Positions 11,045 to 19,927 of a stretch of 64,000 bases of DNA are shown here, piece by piece. The notes under the pieces were generated by a model, which saw nothing but the letters and a program-made list of their open reading frames with translations, had not been told where the DNA came from and searched no databases. Origin of the DNA: a virus; IMG/VR virus record IMGVR_UViG_3300008954_000023, positions 30,151 to 94,150 of that record; one strand, written 5' to 3'. The first letter of the stretch is position 1, and each line of letters opens with the position of its first letter. Position numbers and translations under genes: made by a program.

Positions 11045-12115
11045 CTACCCCTCCAGCAGGTCCTCGATGTTCTCGAGGGCGTCATCCTCCTCGAAGACCT
11101 GGGTGTTGAGGAGCTCCACCAGGCCGGCAGCGATGGCCTCCTGCCGGGTGTTCATGCTCTCGACGATGGACGTCAGAGCCTCCACGGCACCCTGCAGCTC
11201 GATGAGCGCCTTGCCGCGCTTGTTCGCAGCGGTCTGCATCTTCTTCTGCCGAGTGGACAGATCGTCGGCGATGCCTCCGATAGTGTCCAGGCGCTCCAGC
11301 ACGGGGGTGAGGTCCACCTCGGCCGGCGCAGGGGTAGCAGCAGGGGCAGCAGGAGCGGCTGCCGCAGCGGGCTTGCGCTTCCGGCGGCGACGAGTCGCCG
11401 GAGCCGGTTCTTCGGCCGGCGCAGCCGGGGTCTCATCTGCGGGTGGCGTCTCCGTCGAGGTCTCGGCTGGAGTCTCCGCCGGAGTCTCCGCCTTCGGCTT
11501 CGGCTTGGCACGCCGCTTCCGGCGGGTCTTCGGCTTCGGCGGGTCTTCGGCCGCGGTCTCGGCTGGCGTCTCCGGCTCGGCCGGCGTCTCGGGTTCGGCG
11601 GGCGGGGCCTCGTCCTTGGAGGTCTCCGGCTTCCGCTTCCGCACGCGCCGCTTCCGGGCCTTTGGCTTCGGCTCCTCCGGGGCATCGCCGTTCTCGGCAG
11701 CGGGTGCATCCGGTTCGTTCTCGATGACGACGATGAGCTCCTTGACCTCGTCGTCGTCCATGTCCTCGATGTCCGGCCAGCGCTCCTGGAGGACGTTGAT
11801 GAAGTCAGCGGCCCCCAACGAGAAGGCGGCGCGGTTGTTCTCCACCAGCTTGGCGGCGATGGCCAGCTTTCGGAGGAGGGGTCGTTTTGCAGGCATGCGT
11901 ACAGGCTCCACAGGGAGTTTGGGGTTTGGGTTGGGCAGGAGCGCACCGGCTCCGAACTGCATCATGATGCGAAGCCTTGCGGCTTCAGTGCCGGGCTCTG
12001 CCGACTCGAAGAGTTCACAGTCGTCGTCCGTGACAATCATGAACTCGGTCACTCGCTTGCACTTCTTCAGCTTCTCACAGCCGATGCAAGTGTGTGTCTG
12101 ATCAGACCATGTCAT
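11045..12115 (-). CDS. Hypothetical protein: N-terminal Cys motif, PAET repeats, basic patches, C-terminal coiled coil
   Basis: CIGC...C N-terminus; PAEPET/PAET repeats alternating with KPK.RRKRR blocks; strong GC3 bias on this strand. Confidence 0.75.
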   Translation of the reverse strand: MTWSDQTHTCIGCEKLKKCKRVTEFMIVTDDDCELFESAEPGTEAARLRIMMQFGAGALLPNPNPKLPVEPVRMPAKRPLLRKLAIAAKLVENNRAAFSLGAADFINVLQERWPDIEDMDDDEVKELIVVIENEPDAPAAENGDAPEEPKPKARKRRVRKRKPETSKDEAPPAEPETPAEPETPAETAAEDPPKPKTRRKRRAKPKPKAETPAETPAETSTETPPADETPAAPAEEPAPATRRRRKRKPAAAAAPAAPAATPAPAEVDLTPVLERLDTIGGIADDLSTRQKKMQTAANKRGKALIELQGAVEALTSIVESMNTRQEAIAAGLVELLNTQVFEEDDALENIEDLLEG

Positions 12116-12413
12116 TCTTGAACCCCCGCCAACAGCGCGTCACGATCACATCCGGGCATCCGAAGGTCGTGCACTTTCCATCGCAGCCAGGAAGCTGGGA
12201 CAGAAGCCGGCGACGGTTCTGATCTATATGTCTCTCCATAAGGATACGCCACTTTTCCAGTGGTCCTTCCGGTATATCCTCTTCTTCCTCCAGGATCCGA
12301 ATCAAGGTCTCTCGGTCGAGGTCTGCTCCGACGTTGCCGAGACCCGCGTCACGGCAGAGCTGCCGTAGTTCGGTCTGGTTCATACGACTAAGGATGTCGC
12401 TCATTCTGGCCAA
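12102..12413 (-). CDS. Hypothetical protein (SAP/Rho-N-like helix plus Cys cluster)
   Basis: 'MNQTELRQLCRDAGL' helix; CDGKC...CP.....C; overlaps neighbours in the operon. Confidence 0.6.
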   Translation of the reverse strand: MARMSDILSRMNQTELRQLCRDAGLGNVGADLDRETLIRILEEEEDIPEGPLEKWRILMERHIDQNRRRLLSQLPGCDGKCTTFGCPDVIVTRCWRGFKNDMV

Positions 12414-12943
12414 TACCCCTCGGGAATGCCATAGGTGCGTGGGTCTTCTTCCTCGAGGAAGATCGTCACTCCGACCTGGTCCTCATTGGCTACTACGACT
12501 TTCGCCCCGTCATCTCCCCAGAACAAAGAGTCGTCGATTCCTACCGCTTCAGCCACAGCGTCCGTGACTAACTTCTTACGGTTAGGGCTATCGAGTATCT
12601 TATACGGGTTTTTCGCCTTCCTTTGCCCGGCCTTGGCTCCGCGTTTCCACTTCTGGAGCCACCCCGCCACCAGTAGCTTCTCTGGCGGGAACCAGAACGT
12701 CAGGCCGATGCTGTAGATCATGCCGGGCTTGTGGCCAGCGGAGAATCGCATGATTTTTGCCATGTTCTCAGAAACCAGCTCTTGAGCCATGAGCCGTTTG
12801 TACTGCTCTGCCTCGTCGGAGTAGCCGATGACCTGGATACGCTTGAACCCACCCCCTCGCTTCGGACGCATCGAATGTTTGATGATCCGAATCTTGTTGT
12901 CCGAAGGGGGGAGTTTTGGGTAGTGGAGGTGGATACTTCTCAC
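12401..12943 (-). CDS. RusA-like Holliday junction resolvase
   Basis: DSPNRKKLVTDAVAEAVGIDDS matches the RusA DxDNxxKxxxDAL...DD motif. Confidence 0.7.
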   Translation of the reverse strand: MRSIHLHYPKLPPSDNKIRIIKHSMRPKRGGGFKRIQVIGYSDEAEQYKRLMAQELVSENMAKIMRFSAGHKPGMIYSIGLTFWFPPEKLLVAGWLQKWKRGAKAGQRKAKNPYKILDSPNRKKLVTDAVAEAVGIDDSLFWGDDGAKVVVANEDQVGVTIFLEEEDPRTYGIPEGYWPE

Positions 12944-13512
12944 TTCCGCTTATAGGCGCGAGTGCCTCTCCCGCGACTCATGCTCTCGCCGCGACGATTG
13001 CCCTCAATCTCCATCTTCTTCGCCTCGTAGAGGCGAGAGACGAAGGCTGTGTCGCGGGATGCTGCCTTAGCGATACCCTCCAGCAGCTCGACCACGACTC
13101 GTGCCTCGATGTAGGCCGTGTTCTGCTGGATGTAGCGGTCATCGACGAGGGTGTTGTCAGCCTTCTGCGGCGCGTTCCCGGTCTTCGTCTTCCGAACAGC
13201 GGCTTTGACGTAGGCCAACTTCTCCTTCGCAGTCTCGAGTGCTGCGCGTCCCATCACCAGCTGCTCGTTCACGTAGTCGGCGTGAACGATCAACAGGTTG
13301 TGGTAGGTCGTGATGTCGCCCATCTGTAACGAAGCCAGGTTCGACGGGATGCGGCCGTCGAACAGCCTCCCATCGTCCCATCGTGCAGGCTCCGCATTGA
13401 GCCCCAGCCCCTTCGCTGCGATGGAGTTGATGGCGTTCGCCTCTGCTTGGTCGTACCGATCCAATCCCTCATCGATGGGGACTGAGTAGTCCGCACGAGT
13501 GTCTCGGCTCAT
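12940..13512 (-). CDS. UvsY-like recombination mediator (coiled coil)
   Basis: Helical '...VDDRY...LLEGIAKA..R....VSR' pattern; lies beside recA and the Cas4-like gene; start at an ATGA overlap. Confidence 0.4.
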   Translation of the reverse strand: MSRDTRADYSVPIDEGLDRYDQAEANAINSIAAKGLGLNAEPARWDDGRLFDGRIPSNLASLQMGDITTYHNLLIVHADYVNEQLVMGRAALETAKEKLAYVKAAVRKTKTGNAPQKADNTLVDDRYIQQNTAYIEARVVVELLEGIAKAASRDTAFVSRLYEAKKMEIEGNRRGESMSRGRGTRAYKRK

Positions 13513-14399
13513 GCTTTCCTCTGGAATGCTCGAAGGCCCCGCTCCGCCAGGGATTGGGGACAGTTCTTGTTGTAGGGACACTGACGGCACTCGCCAGGAG
13601 TCGCGTCAGCAACAGGAGCCTGCTCGTCTTCCACAGCCTCCTTGACCTGCTTCCCCTTGAGTCTCCACCAGCCTTTGTAGACTGACGGATCGTAGGGGAC
13701 TACCAGCTCCTTGATGGGATGCGGGTGTAGCTTATACACGTACAGATATACCATGAACGGAAGATCCAACCCGGTCGAATACAGTCCGCCAGCCTGGATT
13801 CTGTGATCCTTCGGAGGTGTCAGCCGTACGTTGTTCCACATCGACTCACCGGCCGATTTGATCTCGATTCCAGCACGTACCCAGGGGAACTCCAGGACAC
13901 CGTCCGTGTTTCCTTGGATAAGCCCGCTTTCCATGCTCACTCGTGCTTCTGCCTCGAACCGGGCGGACTTTAAGGGTGCATACGTGGGGTCTTCCGTCGC
14001 CCCCTGCAGCCCATCTTGAAGCTGCACATGGAGAGAATGCCCAATCCCGAAGGTGAGTAGCTCTGCCATGGTGTTCTTCTTGGGTTCCCGATTCTTCTCG
14101 CCAGTGACGTCGTAGTACAGCGCGAGGGTGCACTTATTCGCACTCGATGGATGGATGACTCCTTGCTTCCTCGGAAGCGGAGTGAGTACCTCACCCCAGC
14201 CGTCACACTTGGGGCAGTCCATAGAAGTCTGCTCAGCGACCAGCCGGTGGTATTCCTTCCGTGAGGGCCGCCGGCGTGAGCGGGTCTCCATCCATTCCTT
14301 GATCCACTTCCGGATGGTCAAGGCCTTCATGACAGCTTCGACTTCAGACTCTGAAGCTGCTGCGAGGTCAGCTCGCGTAAGGATTGGGGTTAATCGCAC
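13509..14399 (-). CDS. Cas4-like PD-(D/E)xK exonuclease with Fe-S cluster
   Basis: HPSSANKC, GHSLH, GNTDG..IEIKS, Q...Y and C-terminal CRQCPYNKNC. Confidence 0.85.
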   Translation of the reverse strand: MRLTPILTRADLAAASESEVEAVMKALTIRKWIKEWMETRSRRRPSRKEYHRLVAEQTSMDCPKCDGWGEVLTPLPRKQGVIHPSSANKCTLALYYDVTGEKNREPKKNTMAELLTFGIGHSLHVQLQDGLQGATEDPTYAPLKSARFEAEARVSMESGLIQGNTDGVLEFPWVRAGIEIKSAGESMWNNVRLTPPKDHRIQAGGLYSTGLDLPFMVYLYVYKLHPHPIKELVVPYDPSVYKGWWRLKGKQVKEAVEDEQAPVADATPGECRQCPYNKNCPQSLAERGLRAFQRKA

Positions 14400-14845
14400 C
14401 TATCCTCCTTGTACAGTTCCAGGAGCTCCAGGAACCAGTCGTTTGAGATGACACGGTACTGCTTCCGCAGGTCGTCCTCGAAGGAGACTGTCAGTACCGG
14501 GATTTCGCCGTCTTCTGCCTCACCGGCGACCTTCTGCAGGTCCGCGAGTTTGAGCACGAAGCTCTTGGCCTTGGTCGTCTTGTTCTCGTCACGGAGGATG
14601 CCCTTGATCCGGACGTCCGCCTTCTCGTCACCAGCACCGGAGTTCGAGGTCACCCTTCCAGCAACCTTCTTGGCATTGTGCTTCTCCTGCCGAGTAGCGC
14701 GGCCGCGGGTCGTCCTCGACTTCCCACGAACATGCTTCTTGGCAGGCTCGACTTCCCATCGCTTCCAGACCTTGTTGCACTTTCGGCAGTAGAGGAGCTT
14801 CCAGGTCTGTTGTACGAGCGCCTGTATACAGGTTGGACAGTTCAC
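14390..14845 (-). CDS. Hjc-like PD-(D/E)xK Holliday junction resolvase with N-terminal Zn ribbon
   Basis: CPTC/CRKC; QE...A...G....SGAG.EKADV....ENKTT. GTG start overlaps the recA stop. Confidence 0.7.
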   Translation of the reverse strand: MNCPTCIQALVQQTWKLLYCRKCNKVWKRWEVEPAKKHVRGKSRTTRGRATRQEKHNAKKVAGRVTSNSGAGDEKADVRIKGILRDENKTTKAKSFVLKLADLQKVAGEAEDGEIPVLTVSFEDDLRKQYRVISNDWFLELLELYKEDRCD

Positions 14846-16005
14846 AGTCGACAACGAACCCCAGAGGCTTTGTAGATCCTCGCCTCCATTTCTTTGAGGA
14901 GGTCTGCCTTCAGCAACCATTCGCCGGCCTTGTCCTCTCCCTGGCCCATACGCTCATCCGTCTCGGCCACGGCGTACCAGCTACCAGACTTGACGATGAG
15001 TCCATGCTGCACACCCAGGCGAACAGCCAGCGCGGCCCGGTTGAAGCTCATGTCCTTCCAGTAGTAGTTGTACTTTCCTTTCCCTCCTTCGTGTCCTCCG
15101 GCCTTCTGCTTGAGGATCTCCCATTTCATCTCCTTACCGATGTGGACCTTCTTGGAGGTCTTCACGGCACCGATGCGGGTGAGGTTCAGGGTGACGAAGC
15201 GGCCATGCTTCAGGGCCCACCCACCGCTCTCCTTCGTCATCGGAGAGTACGGCGTGGCCCGCTGCATGTTGTCTCGAACCTGGTTCACGCCCAGGAAGGC
15301 CGTGAGATTGGGATTCCCGGCTGTATCAGGTGAGAAGGCCGAACAGAGCTTCCCCATGAGCCGGGTGTTGAGGCTCGCAGCTCCGCCGACCCGGGCATTG
15401 TCCGTGAGGTCCTTGTCTTCCTCTGCCTGAGGAAGGATGGATCCGAAGGAATCCAGAGCGACGATGTCGAACTCACCGGAGCGGACCAGGTCGATGGCGA
15501 TGTCGAAGCATTCCTCTGCCGAGGTTGGCGGAACCACCAGGAACTCGCCGATGCCTGTCGTTCTCCACTCGAGGTCTTCAGGTGTGACTTCGATCCCCAG
15601 GTACTCACACTCTTCGACGTAGGCGTCAACTTCTAGACCAGACATCGGCACCCGCACGCCGCAACCATGAGCCTGCGTCTTGTCGTACGCAAGCTCAGTT
15701 CCGATCACGGCGATGGCAGCATCTTCGCCTCGCTGTTCCTGACAGATGCGGATGGCCTGGTTGATGAGCCAGTTCTTCCCACTTCCGGGCTTCCCTGTGA
15801 TGATTGACATCCCTCCACCAGGGAAGCCGCCGTTCATGGCGAGATCGAGCTCGATGAGGCCCGTAGGGAGGCGACGAAGCGCCCAGGCCATGGTGTAGTC
15901 CTCGCCTCGGAACACCTTGCCTGGGTACCGTTTCTGGAGGTCGGCAACGAGAGCCTTCCGTCGGTCCTGGGACGACAGTGCCTCCTTCTTCTTCCTACCG
16001 GCCAC
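14842..16005 (-). CDS. recA: RecA/UvsX recombinase
   Basis: PTGLIELDLAMNGGFP, Walker A GKPGSGKN, IVALDS, VGGAA, NQVR, SGGWALKH, KSGSWY; GGAGG RBS before GTG at 16005. Confidence 0.95.
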   Translation of the reverse strand: MAGRKKKEALSSQDRRKALVADLQKRYPGKVFRGEDYTMAWALRRLPTGLIELDLAMNGGFPGGGMSIITGKPGSGKNWLINQAIRICQEQRGEDAAIAVIGTELAYDKTQAHGCGVRVPMSGLEVDAYVEECEYLGIEVTPEDLEWRTTGIGEFLVVPPTSAEECFDIAIDLVRSGEFDIVALDSFGSILPQAEEDKDLTDNARVGGAASLNTRLMGKLCSAFSPDTAGNPNLTAFLGVNQVRDNMQRATPYSPMTKESGGWALKHGRFVTLNLTRIGAVKTSKKVHIGKEMKWEILKQKAGGHEGGKGKYNYYWKDMSFNRAALAVRLGVQHGLIVKSGSWYAVAETDERMGQGEDKAGEWLLKADLLKEMEARIYKASGVRCRL

Positions 16006-16168
16006 GCGGCTTCCTCCGAGGCTCGAACGGCTCCGTGCCGCAGCGGGCACAGTTCGGGGTGTGGCCCTTCCAGTTCACGTTCGTACCTCCGCAGCCGGGG
16101 CACGCCTTGTTCTGGCTGGCCGTCTTGTTGTGATTGGGATCGATCTGGACCCCATACTTCTCCATCAT
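15995..16168 (-). CDS. Small Zn-ribbon protein (57 aa)
   Basis: MMEKYGV...KTAS..CPGCG...CARCG; GGAG RBS. Confidence 0.65.
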   Translation of the reverse strand: MMEKYGVQIDPNHNKTASQNKACPGCGGTNVNWKGHTPNCARCGTEPFEPRRKPRGR

Positions 16169-16169
16169 G

Positions 16170-16457
16170 TCAGCTCCCGTCGGGAATGATGATTGTGCGA
16201 AGTTCCTCGCGGAACTTCCGCGATGTCCTGGCCGACACTCTGATCGTCGGCACACCTTGTTCGCTTGTGGTCGGTGTCCGAGCCCGCAAGACATGCGGGG
16301 TGAGGTGCAGGAACCCTGTGATCCTAACCTCTCCTTGGCCTCGGATCTCTTCCTTCATCACCTCTACGGCCTTGTTCCAAACGAGCCGGACGACTCGTTC
16401 GGGAAGGCCTGTCTTCCGGCTCACCTTCTTGATGATCCGGCTCGAGGTGAGGATCAC
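16170..16457 (-). CDS. HU/IHF-like DNA-binding protein
   Basis: 'IIKKVSRKTGL...EEIRGQGEVRITGF' matches the HU fold pattern. Confidence 0.75.
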   Translation of the reverse strand: MILTSSRIIKKVSRKTGLPERVVRLVWNKAVEVMKEEIRGQGEVRITGFLHLTPHVLRARTPTTSEQGVPTIRVSARTSRKFREELRTIIIPDGS

Positions 16458-17407
16458 GCCTTCGCCCCGTCCCAGTTGTACCCTGTGTCCATGTCGATCT
16501 CGATGGCTACTCTCATCGGGAACGGGTTCTCCATGTTGGCCCTGATTCGACGTTCTGCGACGGCGATGTACTCTGGATGGTCAGGAACTTCGAACATCAG
16601 TTCGTCATGAACCTGTAGGAGCATCCGTGCCCCGCAAGCGCGAAGCTCCGGATCTCGCTCGCAACGGAGCATGGCCTCATTGACGATATCGGCACCTCCT
16701 CCCTGCGGGATGACGTTTGGAGCTTGCCGCTCTGCCTGAGAACGCAGCATGCCGTCGTTGGAGTTGATGTCCGGAAGCCGACGAGGATGTCCGCGAAGGG
16801 TGTAGACCACCTCTTCGTCGCGACACTTGTCCTTCGTGTCCTCGATCCACCGACCCACGCCTGGGTAGATGTTCCAGAGATAGTCGTCGATGAGCTTCTC
16901 GGCCTCGGGACACCGCTCTCGCATACGTCCCCACTTGTTCCGCTCCTTGATGATCTTCAGCCCAAGCTGGAGTCCCAGCTTCAAGGCTCCGATGCCGTAG
17001 ACAATGCCGAAGCCGGTCGCCTTGAGCTTGCTTCGCTGCTCGACGAGTGCCTTCTGCTCCTCCGTAGGGTTCTTCGCCTTCTTGGCTGCGAGGGCGATGT
17101 CGTAGGTGATCCCTGACTCGATTGCTCCGATCTCTGAGGCGATTGCAACCGTCTGACAGTGGATGTCCCGACCGAGCTTGATGGCTTCGATCATTCCCTC
17201 ATCACGAGAGTGATGGGCGATCATCCGCATCTCCAGATTGCGATAGTCCGCGACCTTGAGAATCATTGGGTAGTCGTCAGGAAGGTACGGTAGCTGTACA
17301 TCTACGACCTCAGGCAAACACAGCGAATGATCTACATCACCCCATAGGCCTGCGATGAAGATGGCCCGAAGCCGATGGCCCCAATCTCCTCGAGAGGGGA
17401 TGTTTTG
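16454..17407 (-). CDS. polA: DNA polymerase family A, exon 2 (polymerase domain)
   Basis: QNIP, motif A ADYRNLEMR, motif B RSKLKATGFGIVYG, motif C QVHDEL. Confidence 0.93.
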   Translation of the reverse strand, partial: QNIPSRGDWGHRLRAIFIAGLWGDVDHSLCLPEVVDVQLPYLPDDYPMILKVADYRNLEMRMIAHHSRDEGMIEAIKLGRDIHCQTVAIASEIGAIESGITYDIALAAKKAKNPTEEQKALVEQRSKLKATGFGIVYGIGALKLGLQLGLKIIKERNKWGRMRERCPEAEKLIDDYLWNIYPGVGRWIEDTKDKCRDEEVVYTLRGHPRRLPDINSNDGMLRSQAERQAPNVIPQGGGADIVNEAMLRCERDPELRACGARMLLQVHDELMFEVPDHPEYIAVAERRIRANMENPFPMRVAIEIDMDTGYNWDGAKA

Positions 17408-18334
17408 CCTTGATGTTACAGGATAGCCGCTTTTGCTACCCTTCCTTGAGTCTCCCCAAGGAGCAGACCATATCATCATCACCTTTTGGCAATGTCCCGC
17501 GCTTCGACCTCGCTCGAGGTCTACTTGCTTACGCAATGGTCGTTGAACCTTCACCACATAGGAGTCTTGTACAGCATGGATGCCGGAGAGATTCTCCGAG
17601 CGTGTGCAAAGATTTGCACTGCTACAGGCTTCGGAATGCGCCAGATCTTGTTCTTGTCTGATGCGCGGCTGTTGTTCTTCCCCGTACTTCCGGGGCGAGC
17701 CGTTCCGAAATAGCGCTCTGCCCATGCCAGGATGAACCCTGGTTGAGAGCTGAGTTCTGGTCCGAGGGACATAGTGACCTTGTACGACCCCCGTGTGTTG
17801 TCCTTTCGTAGGACAGCACAGCCATCGTCCAGGTACCACATCCCTATGTCTCTGTCCGACAACAGACTCACTGCGTCGAAGCATGTGAGTTGCTGGTGTG
17901 CGGCTGTGATAAGAGGATGGACTTTTGATGTAGCGGTCCAGATCGGCTTGGCATTCGAGAAGGTTTGATCCGAAGATCGATCCCGTCGATGTACCGAGCC
18001 TTGGAGTTCTGTCGGTAGAAGCGTTTTCTGCTTCCACCGGACCCACTCTTCGTGGACCGAACTCCATACGATCTTGCTGTTCTTGCACTCTGGATGCCTC
18101 CAGAAGTGCCCGTCTCCGAGCCGCGCGTTGACAACGGCTTCGGTCAGACTCCCGTAGGTGCTTGGCTGCTGATTGCCCATTTCCACATCCCCAATGGGAT
18201 AGATATCCCAAAAGGCATGTTTCATACCACCACTTTTTTGCCCGTCGCGCTTGCCGTTTCCAGCTACGCTGTGGGGTGGTGGTCTTTCGGGTGTTCCAGC
18301 AGTTCACGGGATTTTACAACCTCCATTAGTTCCA
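17408..18334 (-). mobile_element. Group I intron (927 nt) in polA
   Basis: Splicing restores PNL|QNIP. The exon end CAACCUU pairs with the guide GAGGUUG, with a U.G pair at the 5' splice site; the intron ends in G. Core elements GAACUGCUGGAA, AAUCAGCAG, GUUCAACGACCAU and GAUAUGGUCUG are present. Confidence 0.9.
17551..18225 (-). CDS. Intron-encoded LAGLIDADG homing endonuclease
   Basis: RLGDGH and MWYLDDG motifs; lies inside the intron. Confidence 0.85.
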   Translation of the reverse strand: MKHAFWDIYPIGDVEMGNQQPSTYGSLTEAVVNARLGDGHFWRHPECKNSKIVWSSVHEEWVRWKQKTLLPTELQGSVHRRDRSSDQTFSNAKPIWTATSKVHPLITAAHQQLTCFDAVSLLSDRDIGMWYLDDGCAVLRKDNTRGSYKVTMSLGPELSSQPGFILAWAERYFGTARPGSTGKNNSRASDKNKIWRIPKPVAVQIFAHARRISPASMLYKTPMW

Positions 18335-19861
18335 AAGGTTGGGATTTCGACTGGCCAGCCGCCATGTACGAGTGCCATGGGACAGGAGGCTGGTATGGAC
18401 GCGGTCGTTCGCATCCGCCTTCTGCGGCAAGCTGATGAGGTAGTCGCCGTAGAGCTTCGAGAGCTTCCGGTGCTTCATCAGCTCCACTGCCAGAGGCTCA
18501 CCACGGTCCGAGAAGTACTCAAGCACGTCCTTGTCCGTACTCGGCTGCTTCACGCCTGAAGATCCACCCTTGGTCATCTTGAAGGGCTTGTTCCCGAGGA
18601 TGTCCTTGTACGTGCCGTCGGGCTGCTCGACGTAGAAGTACTCCCTTAGGTGCTTCGTGCTCTTGGGGTTGAACTCCAGACTGCCCGTGATGCGAACAAT
18701 CTCTCGTTCAAGGTCTGCCAAGTCCTTGGCCATCGCCTCGGCGTACTCGTAGCACTGGCCGACATCGATCTTGACCCCACGACGTTCCATGAGCCACAAA
18801 GTCTTGATGAACGGAACCCGTACTTTCTCCGAGTGCTCCAAGAGTGTGACAGGGACATCCTCTCCAGCATCCACACCCTCGGTGATCATGTCTTCGAGGT
18901 CGAGCTTGTCGCGGAGGTCATCGACCAGGGCATACGAAGCCCAGGCGTCCAGACTCGCGTAGTCCATCACCCGCGTCCGAAGGTACTCCACCGGATCGCC
19001 AGTGAGGCCCATCAGGTCCATCAGCAGTTCCCACGTGACTTCGTGAGCTTCGCGAAGCAGAGCTTGATCTTCGAGGACAGAGACCCAGCCGGTCCGGACC
19101 TTGTGATTCCGAATGGGCTCTCCACCCAGAAGCTGGATGTAGTCGGAGATGTACCCTTTTGGCCCGTAGGTCTTCGTGGCCTGTCCGTGTTTCCGGGCGA
19201 TGGCCAGGACCTGTCGTGCCTTCAGAGCAAGCCCAGCCCTCAGAGAGAGATCGAGTTTCTTCAGATCCTTGATGAGATCCTCTGCCCCATGTACGGCTCC
19301 CAGACGGATCAGTACTTTTTTGGCCAGTTCATCGGCCAAAGCCGGATTGTGGCCGGTGTCCTTCAACTCCAGGATGTCGTGGACTTCGCACATGAGCTTG
19401 ACCTGTGCGTCCATGTTGCCTGGGTCTCCGAAGACCTCCTTGAAGGAGGTCATCGTCAGGCCGAGATGATCGTAGGCCGTCTCCTTCAGACCGTGACGAC
19501 CCTGCCGGTTCTCGTCGTAGAGGTGGTCCTGATCGATAGAGTCCTGGATGTGCCCCTGAATCCAGATGTCGTGGTTCATCGTCAGGTGCATGTCGTACTT
19601 CGCATTCGACATACGCTTCTCGACGTCAGGACTCTCAAGCACCTCTGCGAAGTACGGCAGCAGCCGGACAGGAGCACAGATGCGAGACTCGTCGCACGCG
19701 AAGGAGAAGAACCTGACTCGATCGTTGAGAAGGTCGAGACCTGTGGTCTCGGTGTCGTAGCCGCAGACTCCCTTCTCCATGTAGTGGGAGTTCCAAAGGA
19801 CGGCTTCTGCGACAGTGTTGATGTACGTCGGGAAAGGTGTCCTCACAATGGTAAAGGACAT
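18335..19861 (-). CDS. polA: DNA polymerase family A, exon 1 (3'-5' exonuclease and thumb)
   Basis: DTETTG (ExoI), NAKYD, YASLDA, MERRGVKID, FNPKS, TRTWRLASRNPNL; GGAGG RBS. Confidence 0.93.
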
Positions 19862-19878
19862 TGATCCTCCAGTATGAT

Positions 19879-19901
19879 GAGGGGCCCAAAACGGGCCCCT
19901 C
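19879..19901. other. Perfect 9-bp GC hairpin between the ssb-like gene and polA
   Basis: GAGGGGCCC-AAAAC-GGGCCCCTC; no U-tract on the - strand. Confidence 0.55.
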
Positions 19902-19927
19902 TTGATGTAGCGCGGCCGTAGCCGGGC

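Noticed and set aside
10893-12101. 402-aa + strand ORF
   Set aside because: Antisense shadow of the GC3-biased 11045-12115 gene; Ser/Gly/Ala-rich with no motifs.
13509-14399. CRISPR-Cas system suggested by the Cas4-like gene
   Set aside because: No repeat-spacer array or other cas genes seen; solo Cas4-like nucleases are common in phage replication modules.
17408-18307. N-terminal half of the 617-aa ORF as part of PolA or as an intein
   Set aside because: No intein termini; it is an alternative frame of the group I intron and its endonuclease.
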